This document shows, in pieces, positions 1 to 11,167 of a DNA stretch of 64,000 nt. Location of the stretch: NCBI GenBank assembly GCA_034226945.1, contig CP120453.1, forward strand, positions 496,001 through 560,000. Direction: 5' to 3'. The stretch comes from Picochlorum sp. SENEW3. Lineage: Eukaryota. A program made the translations under genes and the position numbers. Below the pieces are notes generated by a model. It made no database searches and had not been told where the DNA came from. It saw only the letters and a list, made by a program, of their open reading frames with translations. The number at the start of each line of letters is the position of its first letter. Positions within the stretch are counted from its first letter, which is position 1.

Positions 1-536
1 ATCGAGGCCATCAGCAGGACAAGGAGGCATACCCGTCGCAGCCTTTGACTTGGGCCTGTGGTACTGAGACATCTTTGCAGACACATGAGTGCGTTTGTAG
101 CTTTCGCATTGTTTGCAAAATCTTCCCTCATCTCCTTGATGAGGCGACTCTTATGAATCGCATAAAGTATGACTGTGTCGCAGTTCTTCTGTGTCTTGGG
201 CCTGTCTGCACAGATGTCGAGATCTGGACTCTCCTTTGCGACCGATCCGATGAATACTTGATTGACCCCTTGCACTGAGACTGGGACTGGACATTCAATT
301 TTAAATGCCATATGTGGCGGAGTAGTCGTGCCTTTCTGAAATTGCCTCATATCCACGAGATTCTCGAAGTCATGCCCACACATAATTCGAATCTCATTCG
401 GTTGCATGGAGGAATTCTCAGAAGATCTGTTGTCACAGATCTTCCCCCTCACATGTTCATCAAACTCACCGCAACATATCTTATCGTAAAGATCATCAGT
501 AGCCCAAGCGTTTTCACTGTTTGAAGACTGATGCAT
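1..536 (-). CDS. Hypothetical protein, runs off the left edge (not in ORF track)
   Basis: Manual translation from ATG at 536: MHQSSNSENAWATDDLYDKICCGEF...RLRRVCLLVLLMAS, about 178 codons with no stop to the window edge; no family recognised. Confidence 0.45.
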   Translation of the reverse strand, partial: MHQSSNSENAWATDDLYDKICCGEFDEHVRGKICDNRSSENSSMQPNEIRIMCGHDFENLVDMRQFQKGTTTPPHMAFKIECPVPVSVQGVNQVFIGSVAKESPDLDICADRPKTQKNCDTVILYAIHKSRLIKEMREDFANNAKATNALMCLQRCLSTTGPSQRLRRVCLLVLLMAS

Positions 537-1405
537 GTCGATTTCAAGCAATCAGTGGCTTTGTGCTGGCTCGATACCAAACTTGCTCGTGCGTGTGAAC
601 GAGTATACACTGCATTGGATACATGTTTAATTATCAACATAATATATTATTCAAAAGCAAAAGAATACTCTGTGAATAATGCATCATTTCCCAGCTTGTG
701 GGAAGTTTCGCGAGAACCAGAGAGGTGCGTACCAGACTATCCTTATGGAAGCAGCAGTTGATTGTGATTGATATCTTCTATACATATAATTTTAAAGGGT
801 ATTATTGCCTCTATGAAATGATTGATAGTATTATAGTAAAATAAAACACAAACCATCTTCTGGAGTGGATGATGGTGTAATAGATGCTCGTGTTGATTTG
901 CTGCATGAATGTCATGCAAGGTGTCGGCCTTTGTTCAGAAGGACACATTATTCGGGAATCGATCAAATAGCATGGACAAGACTACAATACCACGCAGTAT
1001 GCGTGCCTCCAATTCATATATTAAACAATAATTCTCTCAAAATAGTAACTGTTTATCGTCATCTCCTTTCTTCTCGTCGAGAGTAGCAGAGGAGCATATC
1101 GAGAGCAGAATATTCAAACCCAGCGGAAGTCAACCTTCAACCGAAACTCATGTACGTGCGATCATATGTCATTAGTATCACATACATATGACATATTGGT
1201 GTATATATTTCGCTAGAATCTGTTTTATCACTACAAACGGTTTCAGCCGTACCGAACTGCGAGCGACATCTTGATCAGACTGAATTCTATCACAACCGTT
1301 CCGCGGCGTATTCCATCTGATTTCTGATAATTTACATGTATAATATTCTCAATATGTAGAGGAATATCAAGAAAGATTGATTGCAACACGTGCTACTCCT
1401 CCTTT

Positions 1406-1927
1406 TCATACTATATACCTCAGGAACATGTCATTCTGATGAATAGCTTCTGTAATGAGCGATTGCTCTCCTTCACTCCCGTATATAGTACCGCGAGAAA
1501 GAAGGGATGCATGCCGCTCTGACAACTTGCCAAGGTTTCTCTTCCACCGATTGTTTTCAAAGGATGCAATGAATGCATACTGCATCATTGCATGCGTAAT
1601 ACGCCCCAACGCCATACGCTCTTCTTCTTCTTCTCTCTGTATAGGTGTTTCATGTCGACTGTCTGAGGCGTGTTGTTGCGCATCCTTGTTGTTGTCACTG
1701 CCGTGTTGGTCTTCTTCTTCTTCTTCTTCTTCTAGTCCTGCGTCGTGGTGGTGGCGCTGTCGTTCGTGGCTGTCGTCCTCATTGCTAGGTATTGTTGGAT
1801 TTTCTTTTGCAAACGTCACTAAATGCTTCTTTTCTTCGTCTTCTGATGCCATGTATCCATGTAATAATGAAATCTCTTGCGCTACTAGTGATTCATGGAA
1901 TTCAAAGTTCGAATTCGAATGGCACAA
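1406..1927 (-). pseudogene. N-terminal fragment of an N2227/carnosine N-methyltransferase-like protein, apparently truncated
   Basis: EEEEERMALGRITHAMMQY...RWKRNLGKLSERHASLL...AIHQNDMFLRYIV resembles the N-terminal helical region of CARNMT1/N2227 proteins; I found no downstream exon with the SAM-binding core in 600-1400. Confidence 0.5.
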
Positions 1928-2288
1928 ATACTCCCTCTGGGTACTGTTTCTACAATGTATATTATTTGCAATACTAATGATGATGCCGATATTGATTGTA
2001 GATGGATTGGAGAATACCGCCTGTTCATGCTTCTACATGCCCGGCACATTCATGTCTATAGGGATGGATCGCAGAGTCGTCAATTGACGATTTGCAAACC
2101 ATCCGTCCTTGGCGAGGGAAAGGAAGTCGTGGGTTCTACATACCTTCCGATAGCAAGCCTAGAAGTGTGTTTGAGGTACCACAAGGGCGTTATCCTTCTT
2201 CAATACAGTTGCCCATTTGCAACCTTCTAATACAGGTGCTGCATACAGGATTACACAGTATACGGCGCTTATTCTCAAGGAGATTTCC

Positions 2289-3278
2289 CTATTGAGAAGG
2301 TACATTTACCGGGTACCTCTCCTGAGGTATTGCTTTACCCTTCATCTTGACACGGCCTCGACTGCCTCCGTCCCAATCTGGCAGCGTCTTTTCGACAATA
2401 TACTTTTCTCCCTTTGTCGATACGACGGCTCCATCTCGAAATCGTATTTGAGCCTTCTTCTTATTCTTTCCTTCCTCGTCTCCTTTAGGAAATTTTAATG
2501 TCGTCGCTTTTCGAGTACTTGTCAATGGGTCACTCGGCACTGCCTGCAAGTGATACTTGGACACTATTGTCGCCTTCAACGCGTCATCCAGCAATGGCGA
2601 TGGAGGACCCTTTCTCGCCGCCTCTCTCTTCCTCTCAATATTCATTTCAATATCCAATTCTCCAGTACTTTGCATCTGTAAGAGCTTTTCTGCAGCCTGA
2701 TGCACATCATGTGAGCACAACTGCAACACTCTTTTGATGTACCGTCGTTGAATCTCATCATCATCACCAGCTTCTTCTTTGACCGCCTTCAACCCCAACA
2801 GAGACCGTAGCATGCTCACGTCATCATCAATCTTATTGTCTTCCGTAGGTTCTTCCTCCTCCTCTTTAGATTCTTCTAGGGAAGGGTCTTCCTTCTCCCC
2901 TTTAGATTCTTCTAGGGAAGGGTCTTCCTCCTCCTCTTGCTCCTTTCTTGTCTCAAGTTCTTCCTCTTCACTAGTACTCCCGTCATCCTCATGACCCCGT
3001 GACACATCTTCAGATTCCGTCCGCAGCAGATTGATCAAACCCTCCACAACCTCATCCACACCCCTCTCATTCCCATTCGAATCCATGACATGTTCCACCA
3101 AACCCCGCAACCCCTCCTCCAATGCCTCAACATCCTCCCTCTGACATTCTTCTAATGTATTAGACTCCAACAATGCTGTCACATAGTCAATAACGTATTC
3201 GTCAACAACCTCGTCCCGATCAGAGGCATGTTTCAGAACAGAAAGAACGCCATGTCGCAGTGACATGAATACCACCAC
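2289..3278 (-). CDS. CUE domain-containing protein (CUEDC2-like)
   Basis: N-terminal VDEYVIDYVTALL, CUE-like IKRVLQLCSHDVHQAAEKLL, and C-terminal LKATIVSKY...IRFRDGAVVSTKGEKY matching the CUEDC2 C-terminal motif. Confidence 0.7.
   Translation of the reverse strand: MVVFMSLRHGVLSVLKHASDRDEVVDEYVIDYVTALLESNTLEECQREDVEALEEGLRGLVEHVMDSNGNERGVDEVVEGLINLLRTESEDVSRGHEDDGSTSEEEELETRKEQEEEEDPSLEESKGEKEDPSLEESKEEEEEPTEDNKIDDDVSMLRSLLGLKAVKEEAGDDDEIQRRYIKRVLQLCSHDVHQAAEKLLQMQSTGELDIEMNIERKREAARKGPPSPLLDDALKATIVSKYHLQAVPSDPLTSTRKATTLKFPKGDEEGKNKKKAQIRFRDGAVVSTKGEKYIVEKTLPDWDGGSRGRVKMKGKAIPQERYPVNVPSQ
2864..2929. repeat. 36-bp in-frame tandem duplication in the CUE gene (EDPSLEESK x2)
   Basis: ctttagattcttctagggaagggtcttcct at 2864 and 2900. 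Confidence 0.9.
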
Positions 3279-3435
3279 GACTAGTACTACTCAATGCCTA
3301 TTACAATACTATTATTATCTTTATTTTACTACTACTACTACTAAATTAGATTTGAGGGAAGGAGCTGACCATGAGGCAACACACCCATCTGGTTGTTACT
3401 GCTGTGTGGCATAATACCTGTAATGTATGCTTTTA

Positions 3436-3766
3436 TTACTGCTGCTGCTGCTGCGGTTGGTCCTGGCCAAGATGGTCACCACGGATCTCTGACCTATACA
3501 CTGCATTCAACCTAGCAAATTCCTTTCTATGATGGAGGCATTCCAAGTAATCATCCCTAAAATCTTTGCATTGTTTTGGGTCATCTGCCTCGGACATACA
3601 GGCTGAGAAATCCATCCAAATAGGGTAGCATCTGCGTATCGGATGATATACGAATAATAGTATTAGAACGGGATGCGTCTAGAGAAGCAAAAACTGGAGC
3701 AGAAGAGAAAGAATCGGTACCCACATACCTCCCGGGTTTTCCACCAATCCCGAATCCGCTCGACAT
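3436..3766 (-). CDS. NDUFS5: Mitochondrial complex I 15-kDa subunit (NDUFS5); exons 3766-3729 and 3631-3436
   Basis: Spliced product [55 protein letters not shown], a twin CX9C motif typical of plant NDUFS5; intron GTATGT...GCAG 3728-3632. Confidence 0.9.
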
Positions 3767-3883
3767 GGTAGATATGTATGCAGTGGTAATAAGTAACGTT
3801 GATTTTGTTTTAAATAGTAGCAGGTTTTGGATTTGGATTTCTCGATGGATCGTCACGAGAAGGCATGGGATTGTGACCTGGAT

Positions 3884-3913
3884 CGGTGGGTACCCACCGG
3901 TGCACCGGTGGGT
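3884..3913. promoter_or_regulatory. Overlapping perfect palindromes in the divergent NDUFS5/RBBP5 promoter
   Basis: cggtgggtacccaccg (3884-3899) and acccaccggtgcaccggtgggt (3892-3913); regulatory role inferred from position only. Confidence 0.45.
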
Positions 3914-4054
3914 TTGATGGGATGCTCATTTTCAATGCATTGAAGTCCATATGGATTTATTGTTCTATATAAGGAATCGGTGTGATTTTGAAAATGCCCA
4001 TTCGACGACAGGATCTGCGATGAGTGGAATATATGTATATAATAGATCATCAAT

Positions 4055-5491
4055 ATGGAGTATGATGATGGTGTGGAGGCTGTGCCTGAGCGTATAGAGG
4101 CCTGTTTCGAATGTCCTCCATCTTCTTCATCTTCTTCTGCTGCGTATGCTTCGGAGGATAATGGGGCGCTTGTCGCAAAAATGGTGTCCATGGATATACA
4201 TGAGAGATATCTTGTGACTGGGTGCGAGGATGGACGGATTATTGTGTGGGATTTGGAGAGGAGAGGCCTGGCGTGTGAACTGCGGGGTGAGCATACAAGT
4301 GCCGTGGGGCACGTGTTGTGGGGCGATGGTGGGGAGTATGTGGTTGCTGCTCATGATACAGGTGTCGTAGTGTGCTGGGATGTCAGCGAGCGAACGGTTT
4401 TATGTCAAAGGGATGGGTTTGTTGGTGTGAGGAATCTGTGCCGATGGGGTGGTTGGACTGGTGGGGTGATGAGGTGTATTATATCGACTGTCGACGGTGT
4501 ACAGTGTGTCTCAGTGATGCATGATATTGATGAAAAGACATGGTGTATTCGAGTGGTACCTTTTCATGAGGCTGCCGGCTTGCCCGAGGCATGGTATCTA
4601 GAGACACACAAGCAGCAGCAGCAGAAAGCTGGGAAAGGAAAAGAAAAGCCTACAGAGCAGGGGAGTATTGTAAAATATTTAGAGGTGAAGGAGAAGAGTG
4701 GGAAGTCTCCTTCAGGGGCTACATCAGGAAGAAATGTACCACACGTGTATTCGAATGAATCGTTTATTGCTCTCTATTTGAAAAAGACGGGGAAACTGGA
4801 GGTGTACAGGGCAGGCGATGCATCACGTGTGGGGACGTTCATGCTCAAAGAAGGAACGCATGTGTCGGACGTGTGCTTTATGGCTCCTGATAGTACATCT
4901 CGGAAGGATGATGAATCGTCAGTGTCACCATCATCATATGCTGTGGTTTCCTGCGCACACGAGTACATTGTGGTGTTGGACTTGAATGCAGAGACAGAAA
5001 ATCTCGCGGTGGCATGTCAATTTGATTTTTCTCTTGCAGGAAAATCTGATAAAAAGAAGAGGCGTCATACGTGGGCATGTTCCTGTGTGTCACCCAAAGG
5101 CGGGTTTATTTTTAGTGGCATGACGATGCATGGTGATACTCAGCAGTATATTGTGAGTTGGAATCGTGTCGCCAGCCGAGCAGAGAATGTACTCAAAGCA
5201 CCACAGGGAAAGCCTGTGTCTATCTTGTGTCACCCCGACCCTAGGCCTATGCAGCTTTTTGTCCTGTGTGATGATGGCAAGGTATATGTATGGTGCTCCA
5301 TCATCTCTCAACGTTGGAGCATCTTTCAACCTGAATTTGAGACGCTGGAATGCAATAGAGAGTATCAGGAAGCTGAGAATGAATTCGATGAAGACATGGA
5401 TGTTGAACTTGTGGGTGAGGAGCACAACAGAGGTCATCAGCTGCTGTATGATATTGATGATGATGCAGATGCCTCTATTGATGTGACATAA
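4055..5491 (+). CDS. RBBP5: WD40 protein, RBBP5/SWD1 (COMPASS subunit)-like
   Basis: YLVTGCEDGRIIVWD WD repeats; C-terminal WSIFQPEFETLECNREYQEAENEFD matches the RBBP5 WSAFAPDF..L..N.EY.E.E.EFD motif. Confidence 0.8.
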   Translation: MEYDDGVEAVPERIEACFECPPSSSSSSAAYASEDNGALVAKMVSMDIHERYLVTGCEDGRIIVWDLERRGLACELRGEHTSAVGHVLWGDGGEYVVAAHDTGVVVCWDVSERTVLCQRDGFVGVRNLCRWGGWTGGVMRCIISTVDGVQCVSVMHDIDEKTWCIRVVPFHEAAGLPEAWYLETHKQQQQKAGKGKEKPTEQGSIVKYLEVKEKSGKSPSGATSGRNVPHVYSNESFIALYLKKTGKLEVYRAGDASRVGTFMLKEGTHVSDVCFMAPDSTSRKDDESSVSPSSYAVVSCAHEYIVVLDLNAETENLAVACQFDFSLAGKSDKKKRRHTWACSCVSPKGGFIFSGMTMHGDTQQYIVSWNRVASRAENVLKAPQGKPVSILCHPDPRPMQLFVLCDDGKVYVWCSIISQRWSIFQPEFETLECNREYQEAENEFDEDMDVELVGEEHNRGHQLLYDIDDDADASIDVT

Positions 5492-6059
5492 TGATTGCGT
5501 TTGTTAGGTATGAGTGTAAGGCTGTTATAGGCGACCATCAAGAACATTTGAATGTTTGTATCAAAGAGATCGTCTACAAATATGATGCACGCAACCATGC
5601 CTCGTCTGGTCACCAATGGCCTGGCAAGGTACAAGGGCCTCATCTCATTGCAATGTGAGGACAGTTTGAATGTTGACTTTCATTGTAGCACCAATGGCTG
5701 CTATATGTGACCATGAGATCCCAAAGCTTTGGGATGAAGGCATTTTTGAGAAGGAGATGCCAGTCATGACAGGAATGTTATATCTGTGAACAATCAAACA
5801 TCTGGATGTCACAGTGCTACCATAGAATAATATTCTCCAATATTCAAATATTCTCCAAAAAATCCATATATCTTATTGAATATCCATGAATGTATACTAT
5901 TCATGAGAGAAAGAAGGCAGTTGTTCGAGGAAAATGATCTCAACATTCGAATGTGTTCTAATTGCAAGAAGGAAGCCTTTATGCATGAATATTGAGCCAT
6001 TCTAATTTTAAATTTTTATTTGGACGAATTTGTGAGAGTGATTGGAGTTTCAGGCGAGA

Positions 6060-9000
6060 ATGTCTGTTGGACTGAAAGATTTTTTGCCTGGTTGGTTGTC
6101 TGGGCAGGACGGTCAACAACTGAGGCGTGTGGCTTCCATTGGGGATGGAGAGATCGTTTCAGCGGCGTATGGTACGTCAGATTGTACTGTATCCTTGTAT
6201 GGACGTCTCTGGTAGGATTCCCCAGCGCTATGGAATCATGTACTTGAATATTTGGTTGTGCAGATGTGTCACAGGACATGTGGAGGCATGATGTTGTTGT
6301 GACTGCAGAGTCACATCAAACGTGCTCGTTGTCGGCTGAGTACCGGTCATTTTTGAGCAGCATAGCAAGGAAACTGGCGTCGAAAGAGGCCAATGGATCT
6401 TCCCTCCTGATGAACCTAGGGCCGGTGTGGAATGATGTGCTTGATTTGAAAACATGTGTGTGGCAGATGCAAGACTGTGTGTGGGAGAGTCCATCGGGGT
6501 TGGGGATATGTCCATTGGATACTTTAGCGAGCATTTGTGGTAGAATTCATGAGCATATGGCTCGGATAAAGAATCCTATGGTCATTCTGCATGCTCATAC
6601 ATGTACTGGTACTGGGTCCCAGGTTGCTTATTTCATTGCTGTGGCGCATCATATATTCTCAGCTGGCGTGGACTCCGTGGGTGATGCAGTGCTATTGATT
6701 CAAAAGCATCGAAATGTTTTGTCAATGGATTCTGCCTCGATCGTGGGTTTGCTGCCTGCCCAGAAGCGATACTGTGAATATTTGTCCTGGATTTTGCATC
6801 ACCCTCACGTGGTTCCTGATCATGGTGCCGACTATTTGTTGACTCGTGTGAGATTTCGCATGCTACAAGCTTTTCATGTTCAGCCAGGGGGTGAAGAGGA
6901 AGGCTGGAGGCCAGAACGGTTGCTCATGGGCGTGTACTGTGGTGGGAGGCAGGTGTGGTCAGGTGGGGTGTGCCCTGGATCCATCGTGGATGATGGCGAT
7001 ACATTAGATTTCAATATAGAAGGAACAGAAGAGTATGACAGAGGTGTTTGTATGTCTGGGGATGTGGTGATTGCAGTCTGGTTCAATGATCACAAGTCGC
7101 GTTGGACGCCTCCTCGACTGGCATATGCTTTTCATGCATCATTTATGGCATGTGAAGAGGAGGGGCATGAAGGAAAGGTGCGACTTTTCGCAAGGCATTT
7201 GGATACACCGGATACGTCGATGAGCTACCGAGATCTTGCGGAGAAGGAAGGATTTTGGATGGAGATGGAGTTTGAGAGCCTCAGGAGGACTGCTGGTGTG
7301 TCTTCCATAAGGGACGAGTGGGTCGAGACCATGAGGCAGACTGGCGGTCATTTGAAATTGCGTGATGGTCATATCCATGCTGACCCAATGAGACGTGTCG
7401 TGGCTGAAATGAAGAGCGCTAATGGGCTTCAAAATGGTTCTGGCGACACCAATGTGCTTGTGGTTGAAGAGCATGAAACAGAAGAAGAAGGGATACCTCG
7501 TACTGATCCCGAGATGTTCAACGAATGGAATGATAAATGCCAACAAGCGCTGGCGGATTTAAAGCTGCATTTATCAGCAGCACGGGGGCTGTTTCCTGAT
7601 GATGACAATGTGGTCAGAAACACTATTGAGGAGCCCAATGAGGAAATATCAGATGGAGCTGGGGATGAAAATATGCAGAATAGCTACGCAGAATCGCTTT
7701 TAGTAGATCAGGAAGGATGCAAGGTATCTGATGCATCATATGGAATATCTGGGTTTTCAACAGGGGACAAATCCCTAGCACCTTCACCTATGCCTGGTTC
7801 TAGTGGAGGAAACAAATCTCCAGTGCCATCTCCACCACCCATGCCTGGTTCTTCAGCTGGTGCAGGGAGCAAGTCTCCACCGCCACCTCCACCTCCTATG
7901 CCTGGTTCTTCAGCTGCTGCAGGGAGCAAGTCTCCACCGCCACCTCCACCTCCTATGCCTGGTTCTAGTGGAGGAAGCAAATCTCCAGTGCCATCTCCAC
8001 CACCCATGCCTGGTTCTTCAGCTGGTGCAGGGAGCAAGTCTCCACCGCCACCTCCACCTCCTATGCCTGGTTCTAGTGGAGGAAGCAAATCTCCAGTGCC
8101 ATCTCCACCACCCATGCCTGGTTCTTCAGCTACAGAGAGCAAGTCTCCACCACCACCTCCTCCTCCTATGCCTGGTTCCAGTGGAGGAAACAAATCTCCA
8201 GTGCCATCTCCACCACCCATGCCTGGTTCTTCAGCTGCTGCAGGGAGCAAATCTCCACCACCACCTCCTCCTCCTATGCCTGGTTCTAGTGGAGGAAACA
8301 AATCTCCAGTGCCATCTCCACCACCCATGCCTGGTTCTTCAGCTGGTGCAGGGAGCAAATCTCCACCACCACCTCCTCCTCCTATGCCTGGTTCCAGTGG
8401 AGGAAACAAATCTCCAGTGCCATCTCCACCACCCATGCCTGGTTCTTCAGTTGCTGCAGGTAGCAAGTCTCCACCACCACCTCCTCCGCCCCCACCAATG
8501 TCTGGATCAAAAGGAGACGGAGCAACAGCAGAGATGGGCCCTGTTTCAACTCCTGGAAAGCCCAAGCCACCTACCCAAGGATTGCAGACACCTAAAAATG
8601 AGGGACCAAAGTATCGTTCCATCTTTTGGAAAAAGAGTTTTCTGCGTGGAGGAACAGTATGGTCTGATATCAATCCAGTTCTGGATTTGAATAAAGTAGA
8701 AATGGACTTCTTGCACGAGTTGTTTGTTGCCAGAGAAGCAAAGCAGAACACCCCTGTGTCGCAGTCAAAACCTGTGGCATCAACCCCAGAATTCCAAATT
8801 GTGCAAGATTTGACGAGAGCAAATAATATTTCCATCATACTGAAATCCTTTGCTTTGTTTGGTTCGCCCTCGGGGATAAAAGAAGCAATCCTGCAAGGCA
8901 GTGAAAAGCTGTCAGAAAGACACCTGGAGCAGCTCAAACAGATGATTCCGAGACAGCAAGAACTCGAAGCAATCAGTTGCTTCACGGGCACAGTATCTGA

Positions 9001-9928
9001 TCTACATCTTCCAGAGCAGTTTCTCGTGAGCATGGCAAGTATTCCAAGGCTCGAAAGAAAATTGAATGTTCTAATGTTTCAGAAACAATTTCAGACTCTC
9101 ATTGCTGGAGCCAATAAAGGAATGACTGCTCTTTCCCAGTCGTGCGAACGAATCAAACATTGCGAGAGACTCAAAATAATCCTATCATCCATCCTAGCTG
9201 CAGGAAACATTCTAAATGCAAGCACGATGCGAGGCGGGGCCTCTGCCATCAAGTTGGAGAGTATTCTCAAACTTGCAGATGTCAAAGTCGTGAACAAATT
9301 CGACAAAGGAAAGCTCGTAGATGGAGTCCAGGTACCACCAGTGCAGACATTTTTAGACTTTGTTGCCTGGAAAGTCATGTGCTCGGATGCAGATTTGGAT
9401 GAGGATGGTATCAAACAGGCAGCCCATGAGGGATACCTTGCAAGAGATTTGGGAGTGTTGAGACAAGCGGTAGTCCTCATGGAATCAGATGTGAAGCAGA
9501 ATATCGACTCATTAGAAAAAGGAATGAAGTTAGTACAAGACGAAATGAACTTGGAGGAAAATGCCGCATCCAGCGATAATGTTCCAAATAGACAGTCCTC
9601 ATCCCAATCTCCAGCCGATGCAGCTGCCAGCAGTGCTGACATCCCAGGCGCCAAAGCAGCGTCGCCTTTCCTCACCATGGTCCAGGCATTCGTGAAACAA
9701 GCAGAAGAAGATATCGATCAGATCCGTGCTTCCGCCAAGAAGACCACTGCAGCCCAAGAAGAGATTGTCTCCTGGATGGGAGAAACTGGCTCCCTCGATG
9801 CCCCAGAACTTTTGAGAGCAATCCTCCACTTCTCCAGAGATTTTGATGCATCCTTCTCAAAGGTCTTCCGCATGCTTGGAATTGAAGGCGTCCGCGAGTG
9901 TCGCAGCACCAGGCAGGCAGAAGAGTAG
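6060..9928 (+). CDS. Class II-type formin (PTEN-like/C2 - FH1 - FH2); exons 6060-6171 and 6264-9928
   Basis: PAQKRYCEYL PTEN-like motif, SGDVVIAVW...AFHASF C2 motif, polyproline FH1, FH2 motifs RANNISIIL, IPRLERKL and ILAAGNILN...AIKLESILKLADVK; phase-compatible intron GTACGT...GCAG 6172-6263. Confidence 0.9.
7785..8500 (+). repeat. Near-identical coding minisatellite forming the formin FH1 domain
   Basis: Alternating units PMPGSSGG(N/S)KSPVPSPP and PMPGSSA(G/A)AGSKSPPPPPP, combined period about 117 bp. Confidence 0.95.
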
Positions 9929-10193
9929 AAGTACCCTCCTACAACTCCTTTGGACAAGGAAGAGAACTGGTGCGCATCCCGTGGCGGCTCCATTCCGACC
10001 GGCCCATCCAAGCAACACTCTGCCGAGATGCTATCCTGCCACCCACCACCACCATCAGGATAGATGTTGGGCGAGATCCAATAAGAATCATCAACAATAG
10101 TGTAAAAATTCTAGGACAACATCCGAACGACCCTGTCCTAATCAGAGACACCGTCGTCTTTTCAGCAGCCGTACGCAGGGAACACCACATACA

Positions 10194-10958
10194 ATGAAGG
10201 TGCTCGCAAGCAGACAATCTGTGGCAATGCCCCAGAGAATGGGTATAATTTCTTCAAAGAAGCCATTAGAATCTGGATTCATGACTGGACATGCTCCAGG
10301 ATTCAAGGGAATGCAGCTCAGACAGACAGTCCACCAGGTAGCCTCCTGCCGCAACGTCACCGTCATGGCCGCAAAAGGTATGCAGCATAGCACATTGTAC
10401 TAGATTGGATATATAAATACAATTCATAGAATCTCCTTGCCCCTGAATGCCTAGGGTCCAGCAATCGAGCCGGCTCGAAGCATCTCTTCAGTGAAATGTG
10501 CTACAACTCACAGTTCTCTGACGATGAATTCAACATGACATGCAGTATCTGGATATATCAAACTTGCCATTCCAGCAGGAAAGGCCAACCCATCTCCACC
10601 AATCGGTCCAGCCTTGGGAGCACAGGGAGTAAACATTATGGCCTTTTGCAAAGAATACAACGCTGCCACACAGGATAAAATTGGCACCATCATTCCTGTC
10701 GAAATCACAGTATACGAGGATAGAAGCTTTACTTTTGTTCTGAAAACACCACCAGCGTCTGTCTTGTTGAAACAGGCTGCTGGCGTAGCTAAAGGATCCG
10801 GCACACCAAACTCTGCCAAGGTTGGATCAGTGACACAGGATCAGCTCAGGGAGATTGCCACCACCAAGCTTCCAGATCTCAACTGTACTGATATCGACGC
10901 AGCCATGAAAATTGTAGAGGGAACAGCCAAGAACATGGGAATTACGGTCGACGCATAA
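10194..10958 (+). CDS. RPL11: Plastid 50S ribosomal protein L11; exons 10194-10377 and 10546-10958
   Basis: Transit peptide plus [38 protein letters not shown]...; GT-AG intron 10378-10545. Confidence 0.95.
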
Positions 10959-11167
10959 CCATAATAGTACAGTATTCTATTTCTTTTCACCAGATGTAAA
11001 TAAGTTTATTACATGTGGAATACATGGCACATGCGCAACCCATGAATTGTAGTACTCTTTTTTTTGTTTAATGATAACTAAATTGTGCCATGATGAGAGG
11101 AGGAAAACGAAAATGTTGAGGGCGTGATCTTCCATTCGAAAATCTGGCCAGGAAGAGAATCAGCACT

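Noticed and set aside
1455..2087. 210-aa Ser/Cys-rich plus-strand ORF and many similar antisense ORFs (e.g. 25923-26672, 28494-29273, 52235-52996, 53540-54145)
   Set aside because: Antisense shadows of better-supported genes
7785..8500. Regular repeats as a CRISPR array
   Set aside because: In-frame coding repeats without unique spacers; eukaryotic context and no cas genes
7708..9033. 441-aa Gly-rich antisense ORF and 295-aa alternate-frame ORF (7803-8690)
   Set aside because: Shadows of the formin FH1 repeat
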